A DNA stretch of 64,000 nucleotides from Polyangiaceae bacterium. GTDB taxonomy: Bacteria; Myxococcota_A; Polyangia; Polyangiales; Polyangiaceae. A program made the position numbers and the translations under genes. Under the pieces are notes generated by a model that saw nothing but the letters and a program-made list of their open reading frames with translations, was not told where the DNA came from and ran no database searches. Positions within the stretch are counted from its first letter, which is position 1, and the number at the start of each line of letters is the position of its first letter. Of the stretch, positions 50,674 through 60,605 are shown piece by piece. The stretch is taken from NCBI GenBank assembly GCA_044222475.1, contig JBGANF010000025.1:13773-77772 (forward strand). The letters run 5' to 3'.

Positions 50674-51276
50674 TCACCCGCCCGGGCACTTCACGGTGAT
50701 GAGCCCGTTGGCCTCGCTGCACTGCCCGGCCGAGCACGGGAAGTTCGCCGGCAGACAGCTGCACGGGGCCGGCTTCGTGGGGCACGTGCCCGGGAGCGGC
50801 GCACACGCGTAGGTGAACGGGATGGGGTCGGTTGGGATGATCGCGTCGTTGCTGGTGATGACGCAGTACTCGCTGAGCACGTTGCAGAAGAGGCCCCCGC
50901 ACTTCACGAGCTCTTTCCCAGGCGACGGGCAGCCGCCCGCGTTGTCGATGTCGACACCGGCGCTCTTCGCGAGGCACTCGCTCTCGTACGTCTTGCCGTC
51001 GCAGCCGCACACGTAGCTCGGCTTGACCTGCGGCGGGCAGTTCGTCGGCTTGAAGATGCACTGTCCGTAGCGGTTGCTCGAGAGCGCGCAGCGGCCGTGG
51101 AAATCGCAGTAGCCGTCGGAGCGACACTCGGAGTTCGAGTTGCACCCCGAGCCGCCGTCGCCGGTGACGACGTCCTTCGCGGCGTCCGTCGGGCCGGCGT
51201 CGATGAGGGGCTGGGCGACCGAGCCGCCGCAGGCGAGCGCGAGGATCGAACCGGTGACGAAGAAAGCGAAGCGCAT
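50674..51276 (-). CDS. Cys-rich Kazal-like lipoprotein (copy 2)
   Basis: Lipobox ALAC; VCGCDGKTYESEC. Confidence 0.75.
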   Translation of the reverse strand: MRFAFFVTGSILALACGGSVAQPLIDAGPTDAAKDVVTGDGGSGCNSNSECRSDGYCDFHGRCALSSNRYGQCIFKPTNCPPQVKPSYVCGCDGKTYESECLAKSAGVDIDNAGGCPSPGKELVKCGGLFCNVLSEYCVITSNDAIIPTDPIPFTYACAPLPGTCPTKPAPCSCLPANFPCSAGQCSEANGLITVKCPGG

Positions 51277-51278
51277 GA

Positions 51279-51874
51279 TCAACCTCCGGGACACGTTACG
51301 GTGAAGCCGTCGTTATAGCTGCATTGCCCGCCGGGGCACGGCACGTTCGGGGGAAAGCACGCGCAGCTCGTCTGGCCTTGGCACAGCGCCGGGATGTTCG
51401 CGCACTTGGTGTAGAACTTCACCGGATCGTTCGGGTCGATCGCGTCGTTGCTGGTCTTGACGCAGTAGTTGATGTCCTTCGAGCAGAAGCCCTGCCCGCA
51501 CGAGATCCAACCGGGGGGCGCGGGGCAAGCGCCCTCCTTGTCGACGTCGAGACCGGCGCCGTAGGTGTCACATGGGCTCGAGTAGACCTTGCCGTCGCAG
51601 GCGCAGGTGGGTGCGTACAGGTCGGGGCACGCGGTCGGCCGCGGTTTGCAGGTGCCCTTCTTCAGCGCCGCGAACTGGCAGTGGCCGTTGAAGTCGCAGT
51701 ACTGCGTCGAGGCGCACTCGGACGAGGCACCGCAACCTTTGCCGCCGCCATCACCAGTCGTACCATCTTGGGACGACCCGCCGTCGTTGGCGGTGCCGCC
51801 ATCGGGCGTCGCGATGGATCCGCCACAAGCGACCGCCGTCAGTGCGAGGGCGATCGCCCCGCGAAAAGAGAAGC

Positions 51875-51878
<4 letters not shown>
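51279..51878 (-). CDS. Cys-rich Kazal-like lipoprotein (copy 1)
   Basis: Lipobox AVAC; PTCACDGKVYSSPC. Confidence 0.75.
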
Positions 51879-52852
<974 letters not shown>

Positions 52853-52917
52853 CCGGTCCATCGGGCGGGTTCTAACAAACTTGGCCCTGATGCGCCCGAT
52901 CTGCGAATTCGAAAAGC

Positions 52918-53646
52918 ATGATCCGAGCGCAAATCCCCACGGGCCTCCTCGTCCTCTCCCTCTTCGCCGTCGGCTGCGGATCGGCGCAAAAACCCGGCGC
53001 GGTCGCGCAAGCGCCGCTTCGGCCGACGTCCGCCGCTCTCGTGCCGATGGTCTTCGAGTCCATCGACGACAGCGACTACGGCCCTTCCGACAGCGCGGTC
53101 GCCAAGGCCGCCCCGGGCAAGAACGCCGGTGACTTCGTCACCACCGAGATCACGCAGGCCGGTCGCAAGACCCCGCTGGTCCTCACCCAGCGCGTCATCT
53201 CGCGCGACGGCACCACGATGTTCGTCGAGTACGAGCTCAAGGACGGCCAGAAGAGCCAGGTCTACCGCGTCCGCACCGAGGGCGAGCAGGTCGCCGAGGT
53301 CACGACCGTGATCTCCGGCGTCGAGCACGCCTCGACCGTCGCCGCGTTCGACGCGATGATGGCGCGCACGATCCCGAACGTGACCCGCAACGACGGCGCG
53401 TTCGACTCCGAGCCGGCCGAGGTCTCGTTCGGCGGCAAGACCGCCGCGGCCACGCGCACGAGCTACAAGATCGCGATCGCCGGCAAGGCGGCGACGATGA
53501 CGGTGACCCAGAGCGACAAGTTCGCCTGGGGCGACGTCGAAGGCGAGATCACCGACGCAGCCGGCAAGATGGTCTACCGCGCGCGCGTCGTCGAGAGCGG
53601 CACCGGCACTGGCGAGAAGACGGCAGTCGCGATAAACGTTCGCTGA
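52918..53646 (+). CDS. Hypothetical lipoprotein
   Basis: Lipobox AVGC; strong codon bias. Confidence 0.65.
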   Translation: MIRAQIPTGLLVLSLFAVGCGSAQKPGAVAQAPLRPTSAALVPMVFESIDDSDYGPSDSAVAKAAPGKNAGDFVTTEITQAGRKTPLVLTQRVISRDGTTMFVEYELKDGQKSQVYRVRTEGEQVAEVTTVISGVEHASTVAAFDAMMARTIPNVTRNDGAFDSEPAEVSFGGKTAAATRTSYKIAIAGKAATMTVTQSDKFAWGDVEGEITDAAGKMVYRARVVESGTGTGEKTAVAINVR

Positions 53647-54734
53647 TGCAGCTCTTCGAACCGCTGGTCTTTCCGACCGGCGTGCAGGCGCGGAACCGAG
53701 TCTGGCTCGCTCCGCTGACCAACAAGCAATCGAACGCCGACGGCACGCTCTCCGAGGACGAGCAGCGCTTCCTCCAGATGCGCGCCGACGGCGGCTTCGG
53801 CGTCGTCGAGACGTGCGCATCGCACGTCTCGAAGGACGGCCAAGGCTGGCATGGCGAGCTCGGCAACTTCGACGACGCTCACCTGCCAGGGCTCACGCGG
53901 CTCGCGAAGGGGCTGAGGGAAGCCGGCGCGATCGCCCTGACCCAGCTCTTCCACGGCGGCGTTCGTGCCGACTCGTCGCTCACCGGTGAGCGCACGTGGA
54001 GCGCGAGCGAGTTCACCGAGGACAAACCGGGCTTCGTCCCGCCGCGCGCGGCGACGGAAGACGACCTCGAGCGCGTCCTCGGGCAGTTCGTGGCTGCCGC
54101 GAAGCGCGCGGAGGCCGCCGGGTTCCACGGCGTGGAGCTCCACGGCGCGCACGGCTACCTGCTCTCGCAGTTCCTCTCGAAGACGATGAACCTCCGGACG
54201 GACGCGTGGGGCGGCGACATCGCCGGCCGCGCTCGGCTGATCCGCGAGGCGATGCGGCGCGTGCGCGCGGCGACGTCGCCGAAGTTCATCGTCGGCGTGC
54301 GGCTCTCGCCCGAGGACTACTTCCAGGCGCGCGGGCTCGATCTCGACGAGACGATCCAGGTCGCGAAGTGGCTCGTGGACGATGGCGCGAGCTTCGTTCA
54401 CCTGTCGCTGTGGACCGGCGACAAGAACACGAAGAAGTACCCCGACAAGCACGCGGTGCCGCTGTTTCGCGCGGCGCTCCCCGCGTCGATCCCGATCATC
54501 GCGGCGGGCTCGGTGTGGACGCGGGCCGAGGCCGACACGCTCCTGGCGCGCGGCGCCGACGCGGTCGCCCTCGGGAAGTCGGCGATCCTGAACCCCGATT
54601 GGGCGAAGCGCGCGGCCGACCCGACGTGGGAGCCGAAGCGCCCGCCGGTGACGATCGCCGAGCTCCGCGAGCGGGGGCTCAGCGCGACGTTTGCAGAATA
54701 CATGAAAGCCTGGAAGGGCTTCGTCACGGGCTGA
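53646..54734 (+). CDS. NADH:flavin oxidoreductase (Old Yellow Enzyme family)
   Basis: NRVWLAPLT, QLFHGG and GFHGVELHGAHGYLLSQFLS...N.RTD.WGG. Confidence 0.92.
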   Translation: MQLFEPLVFPTGVQARNRVWLAPLTNKQSNADGTLSEDEQRFLQMRADGGFGVVETCASHVSKDGQGWHGELGNFDDAHLPGLTRLAKGLREAGAIALTQLFHGGVRADSSLTGERTWSASEFTEDKPGFVPPRAATEDDLERVLGQFVAAAKRAEAAGFHGVELHGAHGYLLSQFLSKTMNLRTDAWGGDIAGRARLIREAMRRVRAATSPKFIVGVRLSPEDYFQARGLDLDETIQVAKWLVDDGASFVHLSLWTGDKNTKKYPDKHAVPLFRAALPASIPIIAAGSVWTRAEADTLLARGADAVALGKSAILNPDWAKRAADPTWEPKRPPVTIAELRERGLSATFAEYMKAWKGFVTG

Positions 54735-54768
54735 GCGGCGGCGCGGCGAAGTGGGTTAGACTACGAGG

Positions 54769-56043
54769 GTGCGTCGTCTCGCGCCTTTGGTGATGGTCCT
54801 CGCCGGGTGCTCGCTCACCGACTTGTCGGGCCTGCGAGGGCAGGACGCAGGTTTGCCGGTCAGCGACGCGTCGACGAGCGCATTCGCGCTCACCGCGGAT
54901 CCGAATCAGGCGAGCCTCGGTGTCGGCGACAAGATCACGGTGAAGGTCCACGCCGACCGCGCGACGTCGTTCACCGGACCGATCGACGTGAAGGTCACCG
55001 GCGTGCCCGCGACTGGCGTGTCGGCGACGTCGACGGTGATCCTGGCCAACGCCAACGATGCGACGTTCGATCTGCAGGTCGTCGACGACTCGCTCGGCGT
55101 GACGAAGATTCCGTTGAAGATCGTCGGCCTCGGCAACAACGAGAGCGCGACCGCGGACTTCTCGCTCGACGTGCGCGGCTCCAACTTCGCGTCGAGCACC
55201 GCGGGCACGGTGAGCTACGTGGTTCCGACCGGCGTCACGGCGATCGAGATCAAGGCGTGGGGCGCGGGTGGTGGCGGCGGCGCCCCGGCCGGTGGACCGG
55301 GCGCGGACGGAGGACCCGGCGGCGTGGCGTGGGCTGCGATCCTTCCGGTCACGCCGAAAGAGACGCTGACGCTCGTGATCGGCAGCGGCGGCAACGGCGG
55401 AGCCGTCGCGGGCAATGGTAGCGGCGGAGGCGGTGGCGGCTTCAGCGCCGTGCTGCGGGGGACCACGTACGTGATGATCGCCGGTGGCGGTGGCGGCGGC
55501 GGAGCGGGTCGACCCGGCGTCGACGGCGGTCTCGGCGGCCCCGGCGGTGGTGCGTCGGGCGGACCGGGCTACGGTGGGGTCGTCCCGCACACGACGTCCC
55601 CGAACGAGGGCGCCGGTCAAGGCGGGACTCCGACCACCGGTGGCACGGGCGGCCAGAATCGCGTTCAGTGTTACGGCACCGCGTACCAAGGTGGGCCGGG
55701 TCGCGGCAACAACGGAAGCACCGGCAACGGCGCGCTTGGAGGCAAACCCGGAGGGGGAGCGGCCGCGGTGAACTACGGCGGTGGAGGCGGCGGCGGCGGC
55801 CGCTTCGGCGGCGGCGGAGGGGATGGTGGCGGCAACAGCAATCCCATCGCGGGAAGCGGGGGCGGCGGTGGCTCCGGTCTCGTGCCGGCGACGAACGCGA
55901 CGCTCGTCGCCGGGACCACGGTGCCGCCGATGACGAACGACGGGGACTACGCCGACGCCGCGGGCCAAGGTGGCAAAGGCGGTACCGGCACCACCGCTGG
56001 AACGGCGGGAAAACCCGGCCGAATCGTGATCCACCCGCTCTGA
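54769..56043 (+). CDS. Gly-rich lipoprotein with Ig-like N-terminal domain
   Basis: Lipobox LAGC; VPTGVTAIEIKAWGAGGGGG Gly-rich domain signature. Confidence 0.7.
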   Translation: MRRLAPLVMVLAGCSLTDLSGLRGQDAGLPVSDASTSAFALTADPNQASLGVGDKITVKVHADRATSFTGPIDVKVTGVPATGVSATSTVILANANDATFDLQVVDDSLGVTKIPLKIVGLGNNESATADFSLDVRGSNFASSTAGTVSYVVPTGVTAIEIKAWGAGGGGGAPAGGPGADGGPGGVAWAAILPVTPKETLTLVIGSGGNGGAVAGNGSGGGGGGFSAVLRGTTYVMIAGGGGGGGAGRPGVDGGLGGPGGGASGGPGYGGVVPHTTSPNEGAGQGGTPTTGGTGGQNRVQCYGTAYQGGPGRGNNGSTGNGALGGKPGGGAAAVNYGGGGGGGGRFGGGGGDGGGNSNPIAGSGGGGGSGLVPATNATLVAGTTVPPMTNDGDYADAAGQGGKGGTGTTAGTAGKPGRIVIHPL

Positions 56044-56122
56044 AGGCGCCCGGTGGACGGGCCAGGGCGAAGGTGTTACGTCATGGCCCTCGCTCGCGGA
56101 CCGTCGGTATCGCGAGCGATTC

Positions 56123-56199
56123 GCGACACTAGCTCAGCTGGATAGAGCGACGGCCTCCGGAGCCGTAGGTCAGAGGTTCGAATCCTCTGTGTCGCGCCA
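56123..56199 (+). tRNA. tRNA-Arg(CCG)
   Basis: GCGACAC/GTGTCGC acceptor stem, D-arm, anticodon CCG at 56157-56159, GGTTCGAATCC T-arm and encoded CCA. Confidence 0.97.
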
Positions 56200-57514
56200 G
56201 GTTCTTCGCCGGGATTTCTCGCGGATCGTCGTGCGCGAGGCTGGGCTCTGCGGGACCTTCCGACGACGCTTGCACCACCATTGCACCATCCGCGTGGTCG
56301 GGCGCACCAACGGCGGCCGACAGGGGCTGCGACGTGGGCTCCTCGTGTTGCTCGGGTTCGAAGCGGAGACGATCGATCTCTGCGCGGAGGAAGCCGGGCG
56401 CCAGGTGTGAATAGGTCTGCGTAACCCGCGGATCCCGATGTCGAAGGATCTGCTGGACCGCGCCTGGGTTCGCGCCCGCCATCATCAAGAGCGACGCCGT
56501 CGAGTGTCTCAAATCGTGGAAACGAATCGCGCGGACGATCGCGACGGGCCAGAGCTTGTGCCGGTGCTCGGGGCAGCGCCGCAACGTCGCGTCCGCGGCG
56601 CGCTCGCGGTGACCGCATCCCTTGCGACGACAGCGGTGCTCGAAGCCTTCGACGATGTTCGCCCACTTCATCGCGCGACGAAGGACCTCTTCGATCGGAG
56701 TGTGGGAGCTCAGCATCTTGCCTTCGGCGTCGGGAAAGACGAGCTCGCCGCGCGCGCTGTCGATCGCGGTGCGCAAGTACGGGACGAGCTCCGTCGCGAT
56801 CGGGATCACATCGGCGTGGCTGCCCTTCGTCGTGTCGCGGTCGTACGAACGAGCGACGGTGAGCAGGCGCGAACGGAGGTCGACGTCGCACTTGCGGAGA
56901 CCGAGGAGCTCACCGCGGCGGAGCCCGGTGTAGATCGCCGTCGCCATCAACGGCTTCCAGCGCGGCGGGGTGTGGAGCAAGACCAGCGGGACCTCGTGCG
57001 CGCGGAGGAACTCGGGCACTCGCTTCGGAATCGCACGACGCCGAACTTCCTTCACCGGGTTCGCGCCGGCGAATCGTCCGGCGCGACGAGCGGCGGAAAA
57101 CGCCGAGAGCAAGAACGTCCGCAGGTGATTCAAGGACTGAGGTCCGAGCGACGACGACTTGTCTTGGAGGAACGTCTCGATCGCTCCCGGAGTCGCATCG
57201 ACGAGGCGAAGGCGACCAAACGGTCCTCCAACGAGGTGCCGCTCGATGGACGATGTGTTGCGCTCATGTGACGCGCTCTTCGAAGAATAGTGCGTGAGCC
57301 ACCACGACATCAGCTCATCGATGGTGCCGCCGCCGTCTTCATCCGGCATCGCTTCGAGACCGAGCCGCTGTCGCTCGGCGCGACGCTCGAGGTCGTCAGC
57401 GAGACGACGCGCTTCGGTCTTCGTTCGCGCGGTCGTCGGGCGCATCACCCAACGGCCGCGATGATCCTTGTGCTTCGCGTACCACCTCCTCCCACGCATG
57501 AAGACCGACGCCAT
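56129..57514 (-). CDS. int: Tyrosine integrase
   Basis: TGLRRGELL (R), TTKG (K), FHDLRH, LRH and TQTY (Y); AGGAGG RBS before the ATG at 57514; stop lies inside the tRNA. Confidence 0.92.
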   Translation of the reverse strand: MASVFMRGRRWYAKHKDHRGRWVMRPTTARTKTEARRLADDLERRAERQRLGLEAMPDEDGGGTIDELMSWWLTHYSSKSASHERNTSSIERHLVGGPFGRLRLVDATPGAIETFLQDKSSSLGPQSLNHLRTFLLSAFSAARRAGRFAGANPVKEVRRRAIPKRVPEFLRAHEVPLVLLHTPPRWKPLMATAIYTGLRRGELLGLRKCDVDLRSRLLTVARSYDRDTTKGSHADVIPIATELVPYLRTAIDSARGELVFPDAEGKMLSSHTPIEEVLRRAMKWANIVEGFEHRCRRKGCGHRERAADATLRRCPEHRHKLWPVAIVRAIRFHDLRHSTASLLMMAGANPGAVQQILRHRDPRVTQTYSHLAPGFLRAEIDRLRFEPEQHEEPTSQPLSAAVGAPDHADGAMVVQASSEGPAEPSLAHDDPREIPAKNLARHRGFEPLTYGSGGRRSIQLS

Positions 57515-57539
57515 TGTTCTCCTCCTATCTAATGGAGCA

Positions 57540-57746
57540 CTACCGACGCCCGAGCGCCACGACCTTCGCGCCAGACGGCTTCTCGCCGCGGGCGTAGGCT
57601 TTGATCGCCGATGGATCGAAGCGAACGAGCGCGCCGATACGGAGCACTGGGAGTTCACCAGCCTCAGCGCGGTGGTAGACCCACGACCGCGACACTCGCA
57701 GGAACGTCGCCACGTCCTTCGCCGTCCACAGAGGCTCGACGTCCAT
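57540..57746 (-). CDS. Excisionase-like HTH protein
   Basis: LWTAKDVATFLRVSRSWVY......LP.LRIG..VRF. Confidence 0.85.
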   Translation of the reverse strand: MDVEPLWTAKDVATFLRVSRSWVYHRAEAGELPVLRIGALVRFDPSAIKAYARGEKPSGAKVVALGRR

Positions 57747-57751
57747 GGAAG

Positions 57752-57952
57752 CTACTTCCCGCTCGTAAACAGATCGTCGGAATCGCCAAGCTCAGCAAGG
57801 CTCGCGCAGATCTTCATTCGTTCGGCCTCCGTTGGCGTCGCTCGCTCGGCGATCAAACGGGACAATCGCGTCTCGCTCATCTCGAGCTCGCGAGCGGCGA
57901 GGTAAAGCGTTCGGTGCTTCTTCTGAAGCGCAATCTTGAGATTGAACAGCAC
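57752..57952 (-). CDS. Cro/XRE-like HTH protein
   Basis: LAARELEMSETRLSRLI.....PT..E..KI; GGAGGAG RBS before the GTG at 57952. Confidence 0.7.
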   Translation of the reverse strand: MLFNLKIALQKKHRTLYLAARELEMSETRLSRLIAERATPTEAERMKICASLAELGDSDDLFTSGK

Positions 57953-58139
57953 GGCTCCTCCAGCGACCGCAATTGGTTGCGGTCCCAGGGGCCAGGCTTG
58001 GCAAGCCGCATAGCCGTTGGAAATCGACAAGCCACGTCGTCGTCGGGCGCGAACGGCCGTTCTTTATGCGGCCGGTCGTGCCTGCGAACGGGTGACGCCC
58101 GCGTCTAGTTGCGGCTGTCACCACGGAAGGACGACACAA

Positions 58140-58259
58140 ATGCATCTCTCCAAGTTCAACCCGAACGAACCGAACCCGACCACGGTATGGGGCGCCATCA
58201 GCTTGCCGACGTCGAACGCGCCCGGCGCCGCGGTGACGATCCACGGAGGGCTCGCCTGA
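58140..58259 (+). CDS. Possible 39-aa leader ORF
   Basis: GAAGGA upstream; TGATG stop/start overlap with the DUF5131 gene. Confidence 0.35.
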   Translation: MHLSKFNPNEPNPTTVWGAISLPTSNAPGAAVTIHGGLA

Positions 58260-59152
58260 TGGGTGCTCTCTCTCCAATCCAGTGGACAACGCACACCCTC
58301 AACCTTTGGTGGGGTTGCCTCGAGGTCTCTCAGGCGTGTGTCCATTGCTACGCGCGGGAGGCGGCGCACTTTCGACTGCCACGGGGCTGGGCGATCGTCG
58401 GTGAAGGGCGCCCCGTACCACGCGTAACGCTGCACGCGGATGTGAGCCGACCGGAAATCTGGGGACCGACCGCCCCGCGAATCTTTCCGCCACTCGGAGG
58501 TAGCTACGTCGATCAACCATTCGCTTGGAATCGTCGAGCGCAGGAGGTCGGGGAACGCCACCGCGTGTTCGTCATGTCGATGGGTGACTGGGCGGAGACG
58601 CATCGGTTGGACGAGGTCAACCGTTGGATGGCCGCGCGCCGTGCGGCGCTCTTCACCGAAGTAATTCCCAAGTGCACCGCGCTGGACTTCCTCCTTCTGA
58701 CGAAGCGCACGCACGACATCGGTGGATTCGTCCCCGAGAAATGGCGTGCGCAGTGGCCGGCGAACGTGTGGATCGGTTGCACGGTGGAGGACCAGACCCG
58801 CGCGGAAGAACGCCTGCCACACCTGCTCAGGCTGAACGCGCCCGTTCGCTTCATCTCCGCCGAGCCGCTTCTCGGGCGTCTCGACCTATCACCGTGGATT
58901 GGCAGCCTGGACTGGATCATCGCGGGCGGCGAGAGCGGCGCGCGGTCCCGTCCATCTGCGATCGAGTGGGTTCGCGACCTCCGCGATCAGGCCATGGGTG
59001 CAGGCGTGCCATACTTCTTCAAGCAGTGGGGGAACCACGCGCAGCGCGACGGGGCGGGTAACGAGCTCGTCAAGCTTCGTTCGAAGAACAACCGCATGCT
59101 TGACGGACGCGAATGGAACGACCTGCCCATCCCGCGCAAACGCGGCCGCTGA
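58259..59152 (+). CDS. DUF5131 (phage Gp37/Gp68) radical-SAM-like protein
   Basis: IQWT..T.N.W.GC..VS..C.HCYA, VF..SM.D, LLTKR, RFISAEPLLG, WII.GGESG, FFKQWG and LDGREW. Confidence 0.92.
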   Translation: MGALSPIQWTTHTLNLWWGCLEVSQACVHCYAREAAHFRLPRGWAIVGEGRPVPRVTLHADVSRPEIWGPTAPRIFPPLGGSYVDQPFAWNRRAQEVGERHRVFVMSMGDWAETHRLDEVNRWMAARRAALFTEVIPKCTALDFLLLTKRTHDIGGFVPEKWRAQWPANVWIGCTVEDQTRAEERLPHLLRLNAPVRFISAEPLLGRLDLSPWIGSLDWIIAGGESGARSRPSAIEWVRDLRDQAMGAGVPYFFKQWGNHAQRDGAGNELVKLRSKNNRMLDGREWNDLPIPRKRGR

Positions 59153-59221
59153 CGGCGTTCACCTCGGGCTCGATCTCCACCGACGCAACCTGGCGCATCG
59201 GTGGGGGTCGAGCCGCCTCGA

Positions 59222-60367
59222 TCACCGGTGTCTACGCGTGCTCCAGATTCTCAGGATCTCTTCGGCGAGGGTGAGGTTCACGAGCCAACTGCCCTCCGCA
59301 TCTTTTCTCGCTCGCCTCTTCGTAGCTTTCTCGGCATCGCCCAGAACGGTCACCAATCTGGTTTCGTCGACGCCAAGCTGAACCGCGAGATCCGAGAGCG
59401 GCTCCCATGCGCTACGGTCACGCGACCCCTTCGCCTCGAATTCCGCATCGAGCGCCGTGACCGCTTCCCGCGTCAGGACAACCTTCCCTCCTTTTCGGCT
59501 CGGCTTCGGCAATCCCCGCGCTTCCGCGTCTTTGAGCGCCTTTCGAACGGTTGACTCGGGTCGTCCGCGAAGCTTCGCAAACTCGGCGAGAGAGAGGTCT
59601 GCGTTCGCGTCGCTCGACTTGCTAGTCGGCGTCGCGGCCACCTCCAGCGCGCGCTCGGGGACTTCGCCACGGTCCAGACGCCGCTTGCGCTCGGTGCGGC
59701 CAGCATCCTTCACCGCGCGCACGGCTGCCGACGCGACGTATGCGAGCGGAGCCTGGGGGGTGGCTCCCGGCGTGTAGTTCCGGAGGATCGCGGCGCGCTT
59801 GTCGTGTGCCAGGACGTAGGCGGACTGATGGAGGTCCTCGAGATCCTCGTGCCCCAGCCTTCCCAAGATGCGCTTGGCCTCAGCGGTCACCAGGCGCCGA
59901 AACCGCTCTCGATCGTCCGCATCGTAAGACGCCGGCGTCGTCGCGCGATACAGCTCCCACGCCTCGTTTCGGAGCTGAAGAGAGTGCTTCGTCAAGCCGT
60001 CTTCTCGCTCGACCGCACGGATCGCGAAGGCGAACGGCATGGCTTGCCACATTCTCGCGACGACCTCTCCGTCTTCGCCGAACTCCTCGATCAGCGACGC
60101 CGGTGGTTCGTCCTGACAGCCGTGACGCTCGTATGCGCCGATCGCTCGGTCGACAAGGTGGAGACCCTTGGTCCAGAACATCTTGCCTGCAGGATGGTCC
60201 GCGGGAGCGAGGTCCGCGAGCGTTCGAAACACCGCGTACGGCAGCTGCGACGGCTCGAGAACCCAACGGCGCTCGGCAGGGCTTAGGGGACCCTCCGATT
60301 CGAGGCGATCCTCCTCTGCGAGCCGCGCGTAGAGCGCGACCAGCTCGTCGTCGTCGTCGTTCCCCAT
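59222..60367 (-). CDS. Hypothetical protein with sigma-region-2-like and HTH-like segments
   Basis: EDLEDLHQSAYV...LAYV...AVRAVKDAGR; LSLAEFAKLRGRPESTVRK; LSDLAVQLGVDETRL. Confidence 0.5.
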   Translation of the reverse strand: MGNDDDDELVALYARLAEEDRLESEGPLSPAERRWVLEPSQLPYAVFRTLADLAPADHPAGKMFWTKGLHLVDRAIGAYERHGCQDEPPASLIEEFGEDGEVVARMWQAMPFAFAIRAVEREDGLTKHSLQLRNEAWELYRATTPASYDADDRERFRRLVTAEAKRILGRLGHEDLEDLHQSAYVLAHDKRAAILRNYTPGATPQAPLAYVASAAVRAVKDAGRTERKRRLDRGEVPERALEVAATPTSKSSDANADLSLAEFAKLRGRPESTVRKALKDAEARGLPKPSRKGGKVVLTREAVTALDAEFEAKGSRDRSAWEPLSDLAVQLGVDETRLVTVLGDAEKATKRRARKDAEGSWLVNLTLAEEILRIWSTRRHR

Positions 60368-60605
60368 GCTCTCCGAATGTTTCTCGGCGCGATCGTTGCG
60401 TCAAGGGCGAGGTGATGAACCGGCCGTGCGTATGCGGTTGCCCGTGCCTGTGACGCGCTGATGGCTGCCTCTTGTTGCAGCCGCTAGGAGGAACCTTGGT
60501 CGATTGCAAACTGAGCGACAGCGCATGTCCGAATCCGCCGGCACCTCGCGACGCCGACCGCAGCCACACGGACAGCTTCCACGATCTCCGCCACGAGGTG
60601 GAGTG

